Assembly (NCBI GenBank): GCA_965178125.1
Contig: OZ237746.1
Span: forward strand, 310,001 to 374,000
Length of the DNA stretch: 64,000 nt
Origin: Bilabrum cf. latius
Taxonomy: Eukaryota
Direction of reading: 5' to 3'
Below the pieces are notes generated by a model, which saw only the letters and a list, made by a program, of their open reading frames with translations, had not been told where the DNA came from and did no database searches. This document shows, in pieces, positions 48,355 to 62,529 of this stretch (positions are counted from its first letter, which is position 1; every line of letters begins with the position of its first letter). A program made the position numbers and the translations under genes.

Positions 48355-51300
48355 TCAATGCATTGCGCCGTACTCGAGCATCTTTCCACGAATCGAACGA
48401 GCGCACATGGGCGCGTCCGGATGTGTGCTGCTCCCAAACACCCGCAGCATGATGGGCAGGGCACCGGATGCAATCATCACTCTCTAGAGGGGCTGCGGAC
48501 CAAGGAACATTTTTGTTAGCGCCACAGTAGCGGTCTATTTGAATTGTTCCTTCCTACTACCCATCATGCGGATCAGATGAGGAATCGCTCCAGACGCAGC
48601 GACAACAAGGCACAGCTCGTCGCTCTCAGACACCATATGACTGAATACACCCAATGCGAAGAGCTGCCCCTGTGCATCCGTTGAGTCAAGCAACCGTGCA
48701 AATATTGCCAGAGCACCAGATGCTGCCACCGCCCGCTTGCATCGCTAATTGCCGGCAGCAAGGAATCGAATCGCAGAGATGGCTAACCAATAGCTATTCT
48801 CGGCTTGCTCCGTGAGATAGGCCATAACTACAGGTAATACGCCAGTTTTGATAACGACCTCTTTAATTGAACAGCATTTCTGATGGGCTAAGCTCTCAAC
48901 GATGACCATGTGGCTGCGTGGTGCGCTTGTCCCCTGCGCCTTCAGCTGCTCTGCTACAATGGGAAGCACGCCTGCTGCAACCATTACACTCAAGCTGTCG
49001 CCTCCGCCGGCTGCGAGATTTGCCATTACGTTGCATGCACTGCTATACGTCGATGGCTGCGTATCGGGGTACTTCATTAGTGCGGCCAGTGCCGGAATAG
49101 CACCCGCATTTAGCACAGCTCTCTGCAGCCTCGATTCCGCTGGACCACGCGGCAAATGGCCCGAGAGGTTAAGCAGAGCATTTGCAGCGTTTTCCGCGGC
49201 ATCTCTATGCTTTGAAGATAGAAGAGCCACCAGGCCCGGGATAACGCTTGATTCAAGGGCCGCCAGCTTTGCAAACAGTGAGAAGCTTGTTATGCTGGCT
49301 ATCGCCCGCGCCGCAGCCTTGGCCTGCTCGGTGTCCTCGTGGCACACCATGCGGGACAGCTCGTGGATTGCGTTGGCCTTGATAATAGCTTTTACTATGC
49401 TGGAACCGCCACAGCATCCCTCGGCCAACACCTGCGCCGCGTTTGCAGCCCCCCCACCACGGTTCGTCTTGAGCAGCCGAACGAGGGCTGGCAACGCACG
49501 ATCGTTGATAATGATCGGACAATACTCAACAGAGAAGTTCATCAACGCAGAAAGAACTCCAGCAGCTCCACTCGCTTCAACACCTCTTGTAGAGTCCAGC
49601 ATCTTGGTGAGCGGAAGAAGAACCCCGCACTTGATGCCCCTACTGATCGTGCGAGGCATTTTTCGAAAGATGCAGTGCACAGCCTCAAGCGCGAATGCCG
49701 ACACAGTGGAGCTGCACGGCAACATCAGCTTGATCAGCGCAGGGAGCACTTCAGCGTGTACTGCAGCCTACATGTGTGCGCCATCTCCAGACTTCACGCA
49801 GAGGTTGTGGACCGCAATGCAGGCCGACTGCACCATAGACGCGTTGGAAGAGCGCAGAGTCTTCGCAAGATATGGCACGGCCTTGGCCTGCACAACCGCG
49901 TCTCTCATCCGTTGGCTGGCAGACGTATAGAGCACAACAATGTCCAAGACTTCCTGTGGGGCGATTCCCCGGCGTCCACGCGCAGGACCCTTCAAGATAC
50001 ACAGCATGCCTCGCATAGTGCGTGTCTTGGCAATGGCTCGGACGAGCCCTGCAGAGCCAGCGTAAAGATGCTGCAGCACACGAAATCCGCATTCACCCTC
50101 TGCTTCTTCTTGCGTGCCTTCCTTTACGCCAACAATGACAGCAAGCACGTTGCACTCCTTGATAGCTGATTTTGCAGCATCTGGTCCGGTCGACAGCGAA
50201 GCAAGGCAGTTCAGGCTTGCCTCTCGCGCGTCGACTTGTCCTGAGTGCAGCATTGCGATGAGCGCAGGCAGCACGCCGATCTCAATTGAACGTAGTATGA
50301 TGGCCCCATGCGCCAGCAGTATGGTCAACGATGCTGCTGCAAGGATTGCCTGCTTGTGGTCCGGCGATCCAACCAGCTCGACAATTGCAGGTAGGACACC
50401 GGCATTCAGCAGCTGCTGCACGAAGGTTGGCGATCTATCGTGATGTGATACCTTCGATAAAGCTGCGCTAGCAGTTGATGTGGTTTCAACTTCATCGGAG
50501 CTCGGCAGGCGAGCCAAGCACGGCGCCACATCGGCTACCTCCATGGCGTCTACGGCACCTTCGCTGCAGGCTTTCGACACCAACGCGAGTGCTTGCAATG
50601 CGCGCATCATAGCCTCTCCTCTCCCGGATCGGATCATGCCTACCAGATGGTCTATGACAAGTGTGCTTGCGCCATCGGTAGACGCGACCAAGGGCTGGGC
50701 CTCGAGCCAGCCGGGCAGCAGTGCAGCGCACGCGTCTCGAATACTGATTGGGATCCTGTGGCGTGGAGCAGCATCGGGGCTATCCAATGGTTGGCTATCC
50801 AATGGGTGCAGCCGACTCGCGAGATCCTGCAGGTGTACCATACTGGAGCTCGCAGTGCAAGCCTGTCCAGGCATGGAAGATTCCTAGTACACCTCTAGCA
50901 ATTCGTTCAGCACGGTGCCAAGAGCGCGAGACGCCAGCTCTGGATGTAGGTCGGCTCTGAGCAACTTGCGTTCGGAGTGATGGCCCATAGCAGAGGCGCT
51001 CCCAGCAGAGTGGCCTTCCAAATTGCTGAACTGGGGTACGAAAATGACTGCTCTCCCCGCTCCGCCTTCATTCTCCTCCGTCGTCCTTATGACGTGGTCC
51101 AGGCTCAGCCCGCTGAGATCCACCCCGTGCTGCATCAGGTGGTGCGCGCCCTCCGCGATGTCGCTGGCAATGAGAACCATGCGAACTGCCGACAGTGCAT
51201 CCGCTGATCGTGCCGTGTCTTGGATGTACTGCCGCGCGGTTCTCTTCGCTCCAGTCGTCACGATCACCCTCGCTCGTGGCTCTGTCCCATCGAAGGAGGC

Positions 51301-51717
51301 ATCGTGCGATTCACTTGCACCAGCCCCCTTGGAGCTGGTCGACGAGTGCAGCACTGGGTGTATGTCGAGTAATTCATGCACCCAGCGAGGGGTCTCAATC
51401 ACTTGATCCAATAGCACCGGGGCCACATTTGGGTGTGCTGATGACACGCCGCCAATCGACGATTCAGACGCTTCCGACTGCAGAGTGCAAGATGACCATC
51501 TTCCCATCTTGCAAAAATGTGTAGTATATACTCGGCTCTCGACTTTGTGGGTGCTGCCAGCTGCAATGCCGGCCTCCAAATTAGCCTCAACATTCGAGAT
51601 CTGAACATGCCCGCCACTTGTGAGCATCACAGAATGCTACGCAGACCGCCCCACAGCAGGCAGCAGCTTAGACAGTAAGGGAGGGCTCACCAAGCCTTTG
51701 CCTTTGATTTGAGCCAT
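48355..51717 (-). CDS. Pseudokinase-Armadillo repeat protein, paralog 3 (~1120 aa)
   Basis: ORFs 50884-51630, 49768-50874, 48745-49749 and 48535-48729 in one frame; TGA 48355. Confidence 0.82.
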
Positions 51718-52147
51718 CTGCAACCTGAGAAACGAATGCTAGGATGGTCGATGGACAGCGGTCGGCCCATTTGAATCAATCCTGTATCAGTGCATGTAGA
51801 CTAAGAGAGCGAACTATTCAGCAAAAGCATATTGATATATCTGCAGACAAGTCAAATACTGTTATCTCACGCTTTGTACGGAGGTAGTGGTGATTTTGTC
51901 CACTCGTCGATTGATATATTTGTTGCGTGCATGCTCGGCGAAACTATCGCAGAATTTCGGTTTCGCAGGAGAGCTTGCTCTGCCTCAGCGAATCAGTAGC
52001 AAGACGCAAGGTAGTCCATAGATTTAATCACGTCCATTCACGTCTTAGAAAAAATGACATATTCCATCAGGTGTTGCTCGGCTGTTATCAGATCCAGAAG
52101 CGGCTGGGTGGCCAGTGACTAGAAGCCCTGCATGTCGCAGCCATATG

Positions 52148-52383
52148 TGATCTTAACGCCGTATGGGGTTCGGTGTTGATGCCAGAGTGGGAGCGCGTGA
52201 ACGTCTCGTTGGGTTCCGATGGAGGTTGCGACTGGGAAGGTGCGACCCAGCCAACGGATTGCTTGCGATGACGCGCATACCCTCTCTGTGCTCAGGAGAG
52301 GGGCGGAGATTGGGTAATTTTTGGTTGAAAGTTCCTGCTCCGTTCATTTAACGAGACTAGGTTGCGCGTACACTCTGGCATCA
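52148..52383 (+). mobile_element. Short remnant of the 22597-23700 Ngaro family (repeat A plus last ~36 bp of repeat B)
   Basis: Reverse complement of the 178-bp repeat with a few substitutions, ending ttaacgagactaggttgcgcgtacactctggcatca. Confidence 0.85.
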
Positions 52384-52413
52384 GCCCATAAACACTGGTC
52401 AATAACCAAAGTT

Positions 52414-55400
52414 TCATCCCTGCATCACAGTACGAATGAGGCTGGCATCAAACCCGGGATTGGGTGCCCTTGGACCGCTCAGCACCTGCAGCATCATGGG
52501 GAGCGCGCCCGAAGCTGCAATCACCTTCTGCAATGGCTCTGGCCCGATCATGATATGTTTTAGCGTCACTGCGGCGATCATCCTGCCGTGATCCGTCCTC
52601 GCGTTCATCATGCGGATCAGAGCGGGAATCGCCCCCGCACCTACCAAGGGAGTGCACACCTCCTGGTCTTGGGACAGGTCGTACAGGGCACTGCCAGCCA
52701 GGTCTGCAAGTGACGGGTCTTCATCGGGCCCCAGCATGCGGATGAGCTGCGGCAGTGCAGCAGCAGCAACCACCGCTCTCTTCTAGCGCCGCTGCCCCCG
52801 GCAGAGCAGCCTGACAGCAGTGACCGCAAACCTTGACCTGTGCTCCGCGTGCACCTCGAGCTGGGCCACTATAGCAGGGAGCAGCCCCGCCCGAAGCACC
52901 TATTCTCGCGCAGGTGCTCCTCCGTGCATCAGTATGCCCATCACAATGATAAGATGATTCCGGGGGGCACGTGGCCCAAAAGCCTTGAGCTGCTGTGCAA
53001 TGACAGGCAGCACACCCGCCGACATAATTGCTCCAACACAGCGCTCATCACCGGATGAAATGTTTGATACTGCTTTGCACGCATTGATATACGCTGCTGG
53101 CTATTCTGCTGGCTTGCTCATGCGTTCCAGAAGCATCGGAAGGGCACCAGCCTCCACGATGGCCATCTTGAGCTGGTTGCCCTCCGGGCCCGGCAGCATG
53201 TGGCCAGCCAAGTTCATCAGGGCACTGCCAGCGTACTCTGCCGTGCGGCCATGCTTCGAGGAAATCAATTTCACGATTGGATCAATGGCGCCAGCCTCCG
53301 CGACCGCCTGCTTACCCTTAAGCGTTTGGTGGCCAAAGTTAGCGATGGCCCACGCCGCAGCCTCGACCTGATCCAAGTCCTCGCACTGAATCATGCGGAT
53401 GAGCTCTGGAAGCGCGCCTGCCTTCAAGATGGCCGGTACAAGGCTGTCATGACCCAGGCTCCCGTCCGCAAGGACGCGTGCAGCTGCAATCGCTGATTTG
53501 TTGTGGTCGGATTTGAGCAGCCTGACGACGCCAGGCAGCACGCCCCCGTGGATGATGGCTATGCTTAGCTCTACAGAGCGATTCATCATCTCTTGCAGCA
53601 TGGTTGCAGCGAGCTCCGACTCATCGCAATTGGGAGAACCCAGCATGTTGCATAGATAAGGCAGAGCACCTGCATCAAGAATCTCCTTGCGCCGATCCAT
53701 CATCTACCGTGCGATGCCTCGGAGTGCGAACACCGCCTGCAGTGCCACTTCGTTGCCGCAGGGAGAGAGCCTCTCCACGAGGACCTGGATTGCGCCCGCA
53801 TCCACGACTGTTTGCCTCGACTTTGACTCGGCATTTCCTCCGGAAATGAGATTTCGAATCGCGGTGCACGCCATCTCAGCGATGGTGTCGGTCTTGTGCG
53901 ACTCAAGCAGCCGCACCAGGATAGGAATGATGCCAGCTTCCACAAACGCATTCCGAATTCGGGTACTCGCCGCAGCCAAGATGTACAACAGCTCTAGGGC
54001 GATGCCACAAGCCTTCACGCTCTCTGTATCGCCCTCTTCCAGCGCTAGCACAATCTCCATGAGGCCATCCAGCGCGCCGTGCTCGGCTATCGCGCGACGC
54101 AGTCCGTCGGATCCACGCCTTGACGTGCCCAGAAACGTCGTGGCACACATGCCCTCGTACTCCACAGGGCCACCGCTCATTCGAACCAACCGAGCCAGGA
54201 TATTGGAGTCCATGATTGCCTGCTCCGTTTCACCGGTACCTACAGCGAAGGCTGACAAGCTCTCAATCGCGCGCTTACGCAGCTCGACGGCTTTGGCTGA
54301 GCTTACCAGGTCCACTAGCACGGGGATGGCGCCAGCCTGCATCGCTGGCATCAACGCTGTTTCATCCGGATCGTCCGAAATGCCTGTCATAAGATGGGCT
54401 GCTGCGATGGCGAGCTTTTTGTGGGGGGACTGCAGCAGCCGGACCAGGGCAGGCAGACCGTCTGCATCGATCAGCTGCTGTATGGAAGGCTGCACGGAGG
54501 GTCTAGACATGAGCACCAGGCTTAGCATGGCCGAGCACGCCATACCTGCACTCATGGTGTCGCTCGAACCCAGCATGCGGGCCAGCAGTGCAGCAATGCC
54601 GGCACACTGGACAGCCTTGATCGCGTCTTTAAAGTCAGAAGTTACGATCAGTTTGACCGCCCTCGCTGCATGAAAAGCAAGGGCGGGTCTATCTGACTGG
54701 AGAGCGAGTCCGATGGCATCGAACAGACCAAACCGGGCCAGTGATTCTGCTGCTTCTGGGGATAACGTCACTATGCTTGCAGCCGTGCTAAGCCAGTACT
54801 AGGGCGGCACAGCGGATTCGGAGGCTGAGGAAGATGGCGAGGACGAGGACTCTCGAACGGACTCGACCATGCTTCGGAGCTCGTCCTCGTCCTTGGCGAT
54901 CCGGATGATCTCATCGTTGATCGCCAATTCGAGCGCCGACATAGCTCTGGTGGGGCCTGAAGCACAGACTGCCTATTTTGTCTCGCCCGTGCCACCCCCA
55001 CCCGCAGAAATTTTGTCCGCTAAGTAGTCCATTTCGACATGAATGCAGTGCAGGATGAAGTACCTGCAGGCCACCATGCCACGTGCACGGGCCAGCCGCA
55101 GTGCATCCTGCAAATGTCGCAACGATTCAAGGTGAATCTCATCCGAAGCTGCAGAGTGTGCGCGTCTTACTACTTCTCTGAGGCAGCAGTTGATGCTAGT
55201 CTCTACCAGTGGTGGCACAGCGCTTGGCCCTGGCTAGCATAGCCTCGCACGAGCGTCCTCCACCTCGAACAGCTCCCCACCCGCCGCATCGTCACCCGTG
55301 AGCTTCCTCGCGATCTCTAGCAGGTCGCGTTGAGATGGCGCAATGCAATGGTCTGACTCGGGTTCGGGTGAGCACGCTGCTGGTGCCTCTTCCCCTAACT

Positions 55401-56406
55401 CTTCCCCAGTGCCATCGCTTGCGGCTGAAGGCCCGGGCGCTCTATCCTCAGCCTCTTCCCCAGTGCCATCGCTTGCGGCTGAAGACCCGGGTGCTCTATC
55501 TTCACTCGCTGCCTCCGATGATGAAGAGCCCTTCAATGCACCTTCCGATCGATCCCCCGCGAGTTTCTTAACGAGATTTACCAATGCCTCCAGCGTCCCA
55601 CCGAGGGCCTACGCAGAGGCGGCCTGCAGGTCATGCAGCTCCTCTGGCTCTACCGCAGCACATGCTACTCCTGGGGCTGGGGCATCGCCAGTGGCCGCAG
55701 CTGCGGCCCTCGGCATAGATATTTGGGTACATGGCATATGCTGCATTGGCAGCAGCACCGCTCTCCCGGCATAGCCTTCACTCTCCCCCGTCGTTGTCCA
55801 CATGACGTGGTCCAGGCTCAGCCCGCTGAGATCCACCCCGTGCTGCAGCAGGTGGTGCGCGCCCTCCGCGACGTCACTGGCCAGTAGCAGAAGCTGCAAG
55901 TCGCTCATTGTTCTCTTGCTGGCGCTGCATCCATGGATGTGCTGCCTCAGGGTGCACTACGCCGGTTCTAGCAGCATGATGCGTGCCGTTGTTGGAGCTT
56001 GCATTCCACCGGGGGATACGCCTGTCGACGACCCAATCAAACCAGCAAAGTGCATTGCATCCTCAATCTTTTTCGGAATCTCAGTCGTAGCATCAAAGAG
56101 TATTCGCGCAATGTTCGGATGCTTCGGTACCGTCTCGATCTCCGAAGTCAGCCTTACGTGTCCTTCACGACCTTGATCGCTATCAATTGGGCTCACAACC
56201 ACAACAAATGATTCCATGCAAATCAAGGAATCTTCGCCGGATAAAGCCGTGCCTTCCTCGTCATAAATCTTGGCGACCATAATTCCATAGCTTCCGTTAG
56301 CAGCCAGTGATACGTCACTTGCATCATCCCGCTTCACTATGCTTGCACGAGTCAGCAGACTATTATAGTATGAATTGCGATCCGTGCCACCACTGATTTC
56401 ATCCAT
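52414..56406 (-). CDS. Pseudokinase-Armadillo repeat protein, paralog 4 (~1330 aa)
   Basis: Seven track ORFs in one frame separated only by TAG; HPNIARILFD, LASDVAEGAHHLLQHGVDLSGLSLDHVMW; ARM repeats; TGA stop. Confidence 0.82.
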
Positions 56407-57000
56407 CTGCTATAGAGGAGGCTGAACCTCAATTGATGGTGTCACAGTGCTCTTTGGTACATCGAATGATTTAATTCAATTTCTGGAGAATAATTCAACA
56501 AAGTCATATGTAAGAGATCACTACGCTCAAGTGCCAAACTCACGTCTATAACGGGTGGAATTCTGTGAAACTCTAGGATCCAGCGGCTCAGCCAATTATT
56601 GCGTGCCAAAAACATCACCGTGACGAATACCAGATATGATCCGATCGTAACTCTTACTGGATGTGGGACAATTCGAAGAACTGCAATCCGGATGTTTGGC
56701 TTGGCAGCACTACCGTCCCGTATCCCAGTTTCGGACGTGAGCCTTCGGGCCGGGCGGGGCATTGCCCAATGGGCCAGCCTGAGGCCTCCGGGATGTCTGA
56801 TGTGTGGGCTGCGGTCAATAATATCATCGAGTTTACTCACAAGCAAGCAGTATCAACTCAAAAAATGCGCGTATTCTACCAGTGTAGGCAGGCAAACCCC
56901 CTTTTCAGCGTCTACGCACACGGCGCGGAGTCCGGTGTTGCCTAAGCTACTGCGTACTGTCCGCCCAAGTTCAACAATCCTGTACACTCCAGATATGCAA

Positions 57001-60000
57001 TCATGGGCCTGGGGAACGAGAGCCTGGCTCTGCAGCAGGCACACTAGACTGCTACGCATCGTTTGCCTGCTCTGCAGCAACTCCCCCAGACGGCTAGATC
57101 TGCGCGCCGCTGGCCTCCCCTGAGGCATCTCCTCCAAGGCCACACGACGAAGCTGCAGTAGCGTGCCCTGCATTGCCCGCATCTGGTGCAGCAGCGCCGG
57201 TCTTTTCACCGGCACTTGCACCTGCGTCTTCTTCTTCTTCAGATCTTACGCCTCCACCACCCCGATGCCTCTTCAGGGCGCTCTCTAGAGACCCGCTCAG
57301 GTCATCTGGCAGGTCCACCAGACCGCCGCCGAGCAGCCCGTCGATGGCATGGTAGAGGGTGTCAAGTTGGTCGACTTGCAGCATGCCCTGTAGCAAGCCA
57401 GGGATAGACAGTAGGTCATTGATGACCCATGCGGCCGGCTCGGTGGTCTCGTCAGCATCAGCCAGCATCTGAATCAGATGTGTGACCGTGCCAGCCTCCG
57501 CTACCTGCTAGGCGTGCGATCCGCCGCCCTTGCTCGACATCGACAGCAGCAGGTGCAGCGTAGTGGTCGCTGAGGTCTCCGTGCAGCGACAGCTAGCATC
57601 ACGGCATCTTGCAGCTTCTCCAGATGCAACCGATTGCAGAGTGCGGCACAGAGCAGCGATCCCACCGGACTGGATGATCTCATGCTGCAGAGCGGCAGAA
57701 CCCCTCGACAAGCCACGCAGAATGGCACAGCCGCAGCTTACTTTGTCGGTGCCGAGCATGCCGACTAGATTGGTGATGCCAATCGCCTTGGCAAGAGCAG
57801 GCGCATTGGATGGCACGCCTCCGATGACGTTCTAGATCATGAGAGAAACTACTTGCAGTGCATCTCCTTCCGAGGACGACAAGAGAAACGCCAAGACGCC
57901 GTTCAGACCCGCATCTTTGACGGCCTTTAAGCGCATCGACTGGTCAGCCTCACATCTGTCCTCACCACCGCACATCAAGCTTCGGATGCACTGAAGCAGT
58001 GCGGATAGCATGGTCATGCCAGGCACCTCTCCTTCTGGTACATCGACACCCTCAGCAGCTCGGCTGCACGCCATCGGGATCCAGCGGGTGATGTGAGTTA
58101 GTACGCCGATTCCCATCACGGCGCTTCTGACTTTCGAAGAACCGCACAAGAGAACTGATACGATATCCAGCGCCCCGACAGCTCTGCTAGGGTGACTCGA
58201 CTGCAGTATTTGCGAGAGAGACCGCAACAAGCCACTTTCCAGCAGATCACGCTGCTTTCCTGCCCTCCCTACCATCGTGTGGACGGCACCCAACGCAGCC
58301 AATGCAATGGGTTCTCTGTCAGCCGTCATACTATCCACGAGACAAGGCAGTGCGCGTGCCTCCAGCATCGCAGCTTTGACAGATTCACGCGCATTGCCCG
58401 ACAGGGCAGCCAGCGCTAGCGTGATCGGCCCCGCGGAATCTGTCGTGGCAAATCCAAGCCCACGAACCAATGACTTGACTGCGTCGGGCTCTGCCTCAAG
58501 GGCCTTTCCTGCCACAGCTTCATCGCTACGCAGCACGGCAGCGAGGCAAGAAAGAGCGGCATCTGCCGCCTCGGCATTCGCGGACTGCGTGATCCGGACA
58601 AGATGGGGTAGCGAGCCGCACCGTACCACGCGTTCGGCCAACGCACTGCAGCAGTTAGCGATGTTTGTCAGGGCAGAGCAAGCGGAATACAGGTGCTGGC
58701 CTCTGTGCGACGAAGATCTCTGTGCTTGCGCACTCGCAGAATCCCTGAGGATCTGCACGAGGGGTGGCAGCAGGCCGGCCTCAACAAGTACATGCTCCAT
58801 TTTCTTTGCAGAAAGCCAATCAACCAGCTCCACAGCTTTGCGGGTGCTGCTCTAGTTCTCCAACTGTAGCCAGTCCTACAAGATCGCTGGCAGGCCCTCT
58901 TCGCATAGATCTTGTGCTATCTCTTCGTGGCACCAGGCCAGATTCGAAACGATCCCGTAGGCTTCTGAGATCGCCTGAGGAGAATACAAGCTGTCTTGAT
59001 CCTCCTCGTCTGGATTGCACACTTGATGCAGTATGCGAAGGAGCACCGGGACAACTCCAGCCTCAAGCACTGCACGGTGGATTTGTAGACCTTGCACCTC
59101 GTCACTTCCAGTCACGTTGCATAGGCACTGCAGAGCATCCTCCACTGCGTCATCTTCTGGGTGCTTCAGTATGTCTGCTAGCGACTCGAACCCACCTGAT
59201 TCAGCGATGATTTGGGCTGTATCGTCGCGGCACAGGGTGATCGCTGCCAGAAGCTGACAAGCAGCAACGTAGTTGTTGTACAAGTCTGGATTAGGAGCTA
59301 TTGCAGCGACAGCTGCAAGGACTGCTCCAGCTCTGACGATGCATTCAACCACATCAGGGTCTTCACCAGAGACCATATCTACAAGACACGTCAGCGCTGC
59401 CTCTTGCTCATCGTGATTGCCCTCATGCACCATGTGAACCAGGCGGCCTACGACGCGATCCGTCGCTACCGCCTATTGGATAGCGATAGATCCATCGCAG
59501 AGGGCGGCCAGGGCATGTGTTGCCCTATACGAACCGGTAGTACCAGGCTGGACCGCGCTTGCTAGAGCAGGCAGAGCTCCAGCGGCAACAATGGCAGCCT
59601 TGGCGTCCTCATTATCAGGGCACATTTCTCCTAGGCAGGCGCATGCGTCAACAAATCCATCGTTAGCAATGCTACTAATCATACGAACAAGTGGTTTGAT
59701 CGCTCCTGCCTGTATAAGGTCTGGGATCATGTCAACGGTACCCACGGTACCCCCCACGAGCAAAAATGCCGCCCTCGTCGCTCGTGCCGCTACAGGAAGC
59801 GACTGTGAATCCAACAGGCACACAACAGCAGTGAAGAATCCTCCTTCACCCATCTGTTCATATAGGTCTGCAGAGAGATATCTAGCACAGTTTCCGAGAG
59901 CCACCAGGCAGTGAGCCAGGGCAAGCTCCAGCGTTTCACCCATGTCATGCTCCGGGCCTCCTCGTGACCAGAACAAATCGATCACCGTAGCCAGTAGACC

Positions 60001-62529
60001 TTCGCGCACAAATGTTGTTCGCGCGTTATGGCAGGTGGTCGACAAGTCGGATAGTGTGCGAGCTGCTATTTCCGTCATGTTCGTGTCGGTGGAGCGAATC
60101 AGACTGACGAGAATAGGCACAGCACCTGACTCGACGACAGCACAAGGATCACCTCCCGCAGGATTAGCAAGGTTCCTGATGGTGCACAATATGTACTCGT
60201 GCAGCGCTGAAAACGGGTACTTTTCTACACTATCGGCAGCACGACGCAGATGCGCAACCATCAAAGGCAGCACCCCGGATTCCGCCACGACCGCTTTGAC
60301 TAGGCTAGGGTCACTTGACAAGTTGCTCACGCACTCAACAGCTGCAAACATCTCGTCTTTATTACCGCATTGAATCATTTTGACGAGCCCAGGTAGTGCA
60401 CTTGCATCTACTATTGCGCTGCATGACTCATGTCCGGTCTTTGCTAGGCAAGACAGTGCGTGGACTGCTACACACTTGGAGTGGGCTACGCCAGAGCTGA
60501 TGACCTGTACGAGCGGTCCAACAGCGCACGCGTCAAGCACAGCCTACTTGACAGAAGCCCCGCCCTGCAGGATCGCACCAAGTGCCTCCAACGCGGGAGT
60601 CAAACTGTACGACGGGCCGCCCTCGATAACACTGACGAGCCCGACTACTCCACCTGCAGCAACGATGCGGCTCACACAATGCTCGCTGCCGTAGGCTAGG
60701 CTGGCAAGGAGCCGCAGAGTCGATCGTTTCAATCGACCATCGGCCGAGTACAGTAGCTTCACCAGTGGAAGAAGCGTGCCGGCATCGACAATGCAGTCCT
60801 TGATCGACTCATCGTCGATTCCAATGTCGCTGAGGGCTTGGACAACGTGGAAGACCTCATCATCATCTTCCGAGGCGAGGCGTGCAGCAAGCAACGGGAT
60901 TGCAGGTGTCTCCAATAGAGTCTTTTCGTCGAAGCCCAGATTTCCAATCGCCAGCGCAGCCGCTTTCCGTTCCGTGGCACTGTCCGATTGCAGCATGTCC
61001 ACCAAGGGTCGAAGCACGGCAGGGTTGACCAGCTGGTCGCGCACCTAGCCTTCATTGCATTGGTTGTACAGCCTGGCCATGAACGCGCCAAAGTGGCGAG
61101 CGACTCCAGGGTACTTACCATGCAGTATGGTAAGGATCGTATCGATCGGCGAGTCCTTGTCTCGCTGGTCTCGAAGGATTGCGACAGTCTAATCGGCCCA
61201 GGAGTCGAGCATCTTGCGAACACCGCTCGAATCAGCTGCGCATGTGTCCAAAATGCCGAGCCCTTGCAGGATGCACTAAAGCATGCGAGTTGTCGTTGCC
61301 AGGCTATCCTTCAGCTTCTTGAATACCTCCCGCGCTGCATCGATCGCGCTACTTTCGGGGCACGGCCCGCACAGCAGCGGCAGAACCTGATGAGCAGCCA
61401 AGTCGATCGTGGCATCGCCGCTGGACGGAAATCGCCTAGGTGCCCTATGCATGTACTCACTCATTGCTTGAAGCAGCTCGTGCCTGGAGCGAGCCGACTG
61501 TATCTGCTCTATGAACCCCGAGAGGTGACCCCCTTCCGAGCTAGCAGACTGGCTGCTCGCCATGGCAGCCGAGCCTGCTGCCAGCCTTGCGTCACCACTG
61601 CCGCTTGCTAGATTCTTGATGCTCTCGAGAACCTGCACGAGCGCTGGCACACCCATCACCGGCGTGCTTGAACGGTCCTTGGCTTGGCGCACGGACGTTG
61701 GCCCGCCCTTTTGCAGGCCATGTGAGCCCTTGCCACCAGGGGCTGCCGAGCTTGAGGCCGAGCAGGAGCAGGAGAAGGAGGAGGAGGGCGACGGCTCGGC
61801 GCTCGACTGGCTGTTCTCAGTCATGGGCACAAGTCCTACCGGTAGCAGCACCACCCTCCCCCCATCGCCCTCGTCACACCCCTCCCTGCTCCACGCCACG
61901 TTGTCCATCGTGAGGGCATCTGGGTCGATGCCGTGCTGTAGCAGGAGCTGCATGATCTCAGCGATGTCGCGGGCAATGATCATGGACTCGTACTCTGACA
62001 TCTAGGGGCCGTTCCGCTTCCTATCATCGAGGTAGTGCTGCAGCGTGCACTCGATGCCCTCGATCACCACCACCCTCGCCCTCGGCGGATTCATAGAAGA
62101 GTCCTGTGCTCCACCAGCTGCTGCCCCTTTGGAGCCCGTTGATGCCGCGCTTGATGCATTACTGTCATCACACATAGCATGTAGCCACTCTGGTACATCT
62201 GTGACCTGGTCGAACAGAACTTTGGCGGCAATCGAAGTCCTCTTGCGAAGCAGGTCGATCCTGTCGCTGCCTCCGGCGATCCCACTTGGGCTTGTGGTGC
62301 AGGGTACGTCAGACTAGTGCGTAAAGACAACCATTGCAATGGAACTGGCGGCCGGCTTGGGAATGTCTGCGGACAATCCGGTCAAGCGTTCAGCGTCGGC
62401 ATCGAGGCGCAGCAGAGTGTAGCACTCAGACACGGCTAGCACAATGTCTTGAGACGACGGCACTTCTGGAGACAATACACCAGTATCTATGATTTTGCCT
62501 ATCCTCTAACTGGACTCGCTTTGCTCCAT
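57001..62529 (-). CDS. Pseudokinase-Armadillo repeat protein, paralog 5, longest and most divergent (~1842 aa)
   Basis: Frame open from ATG 62529 to TGA 57001 except for TAGs; RVVVIEGIECTL, IARDIAEIMQLLLQHGIDPDALTMDNVAW; extended ARM array. Confidence 0.8.

Noticed and set aside
28061-62005. Many long plus-strand ORFs opposite the ARM, FG-GAP and beta-helix genes
   Set aside because: Typical antisense mirror ORFs of GC-rich coding DNA with no recognisable motifs.
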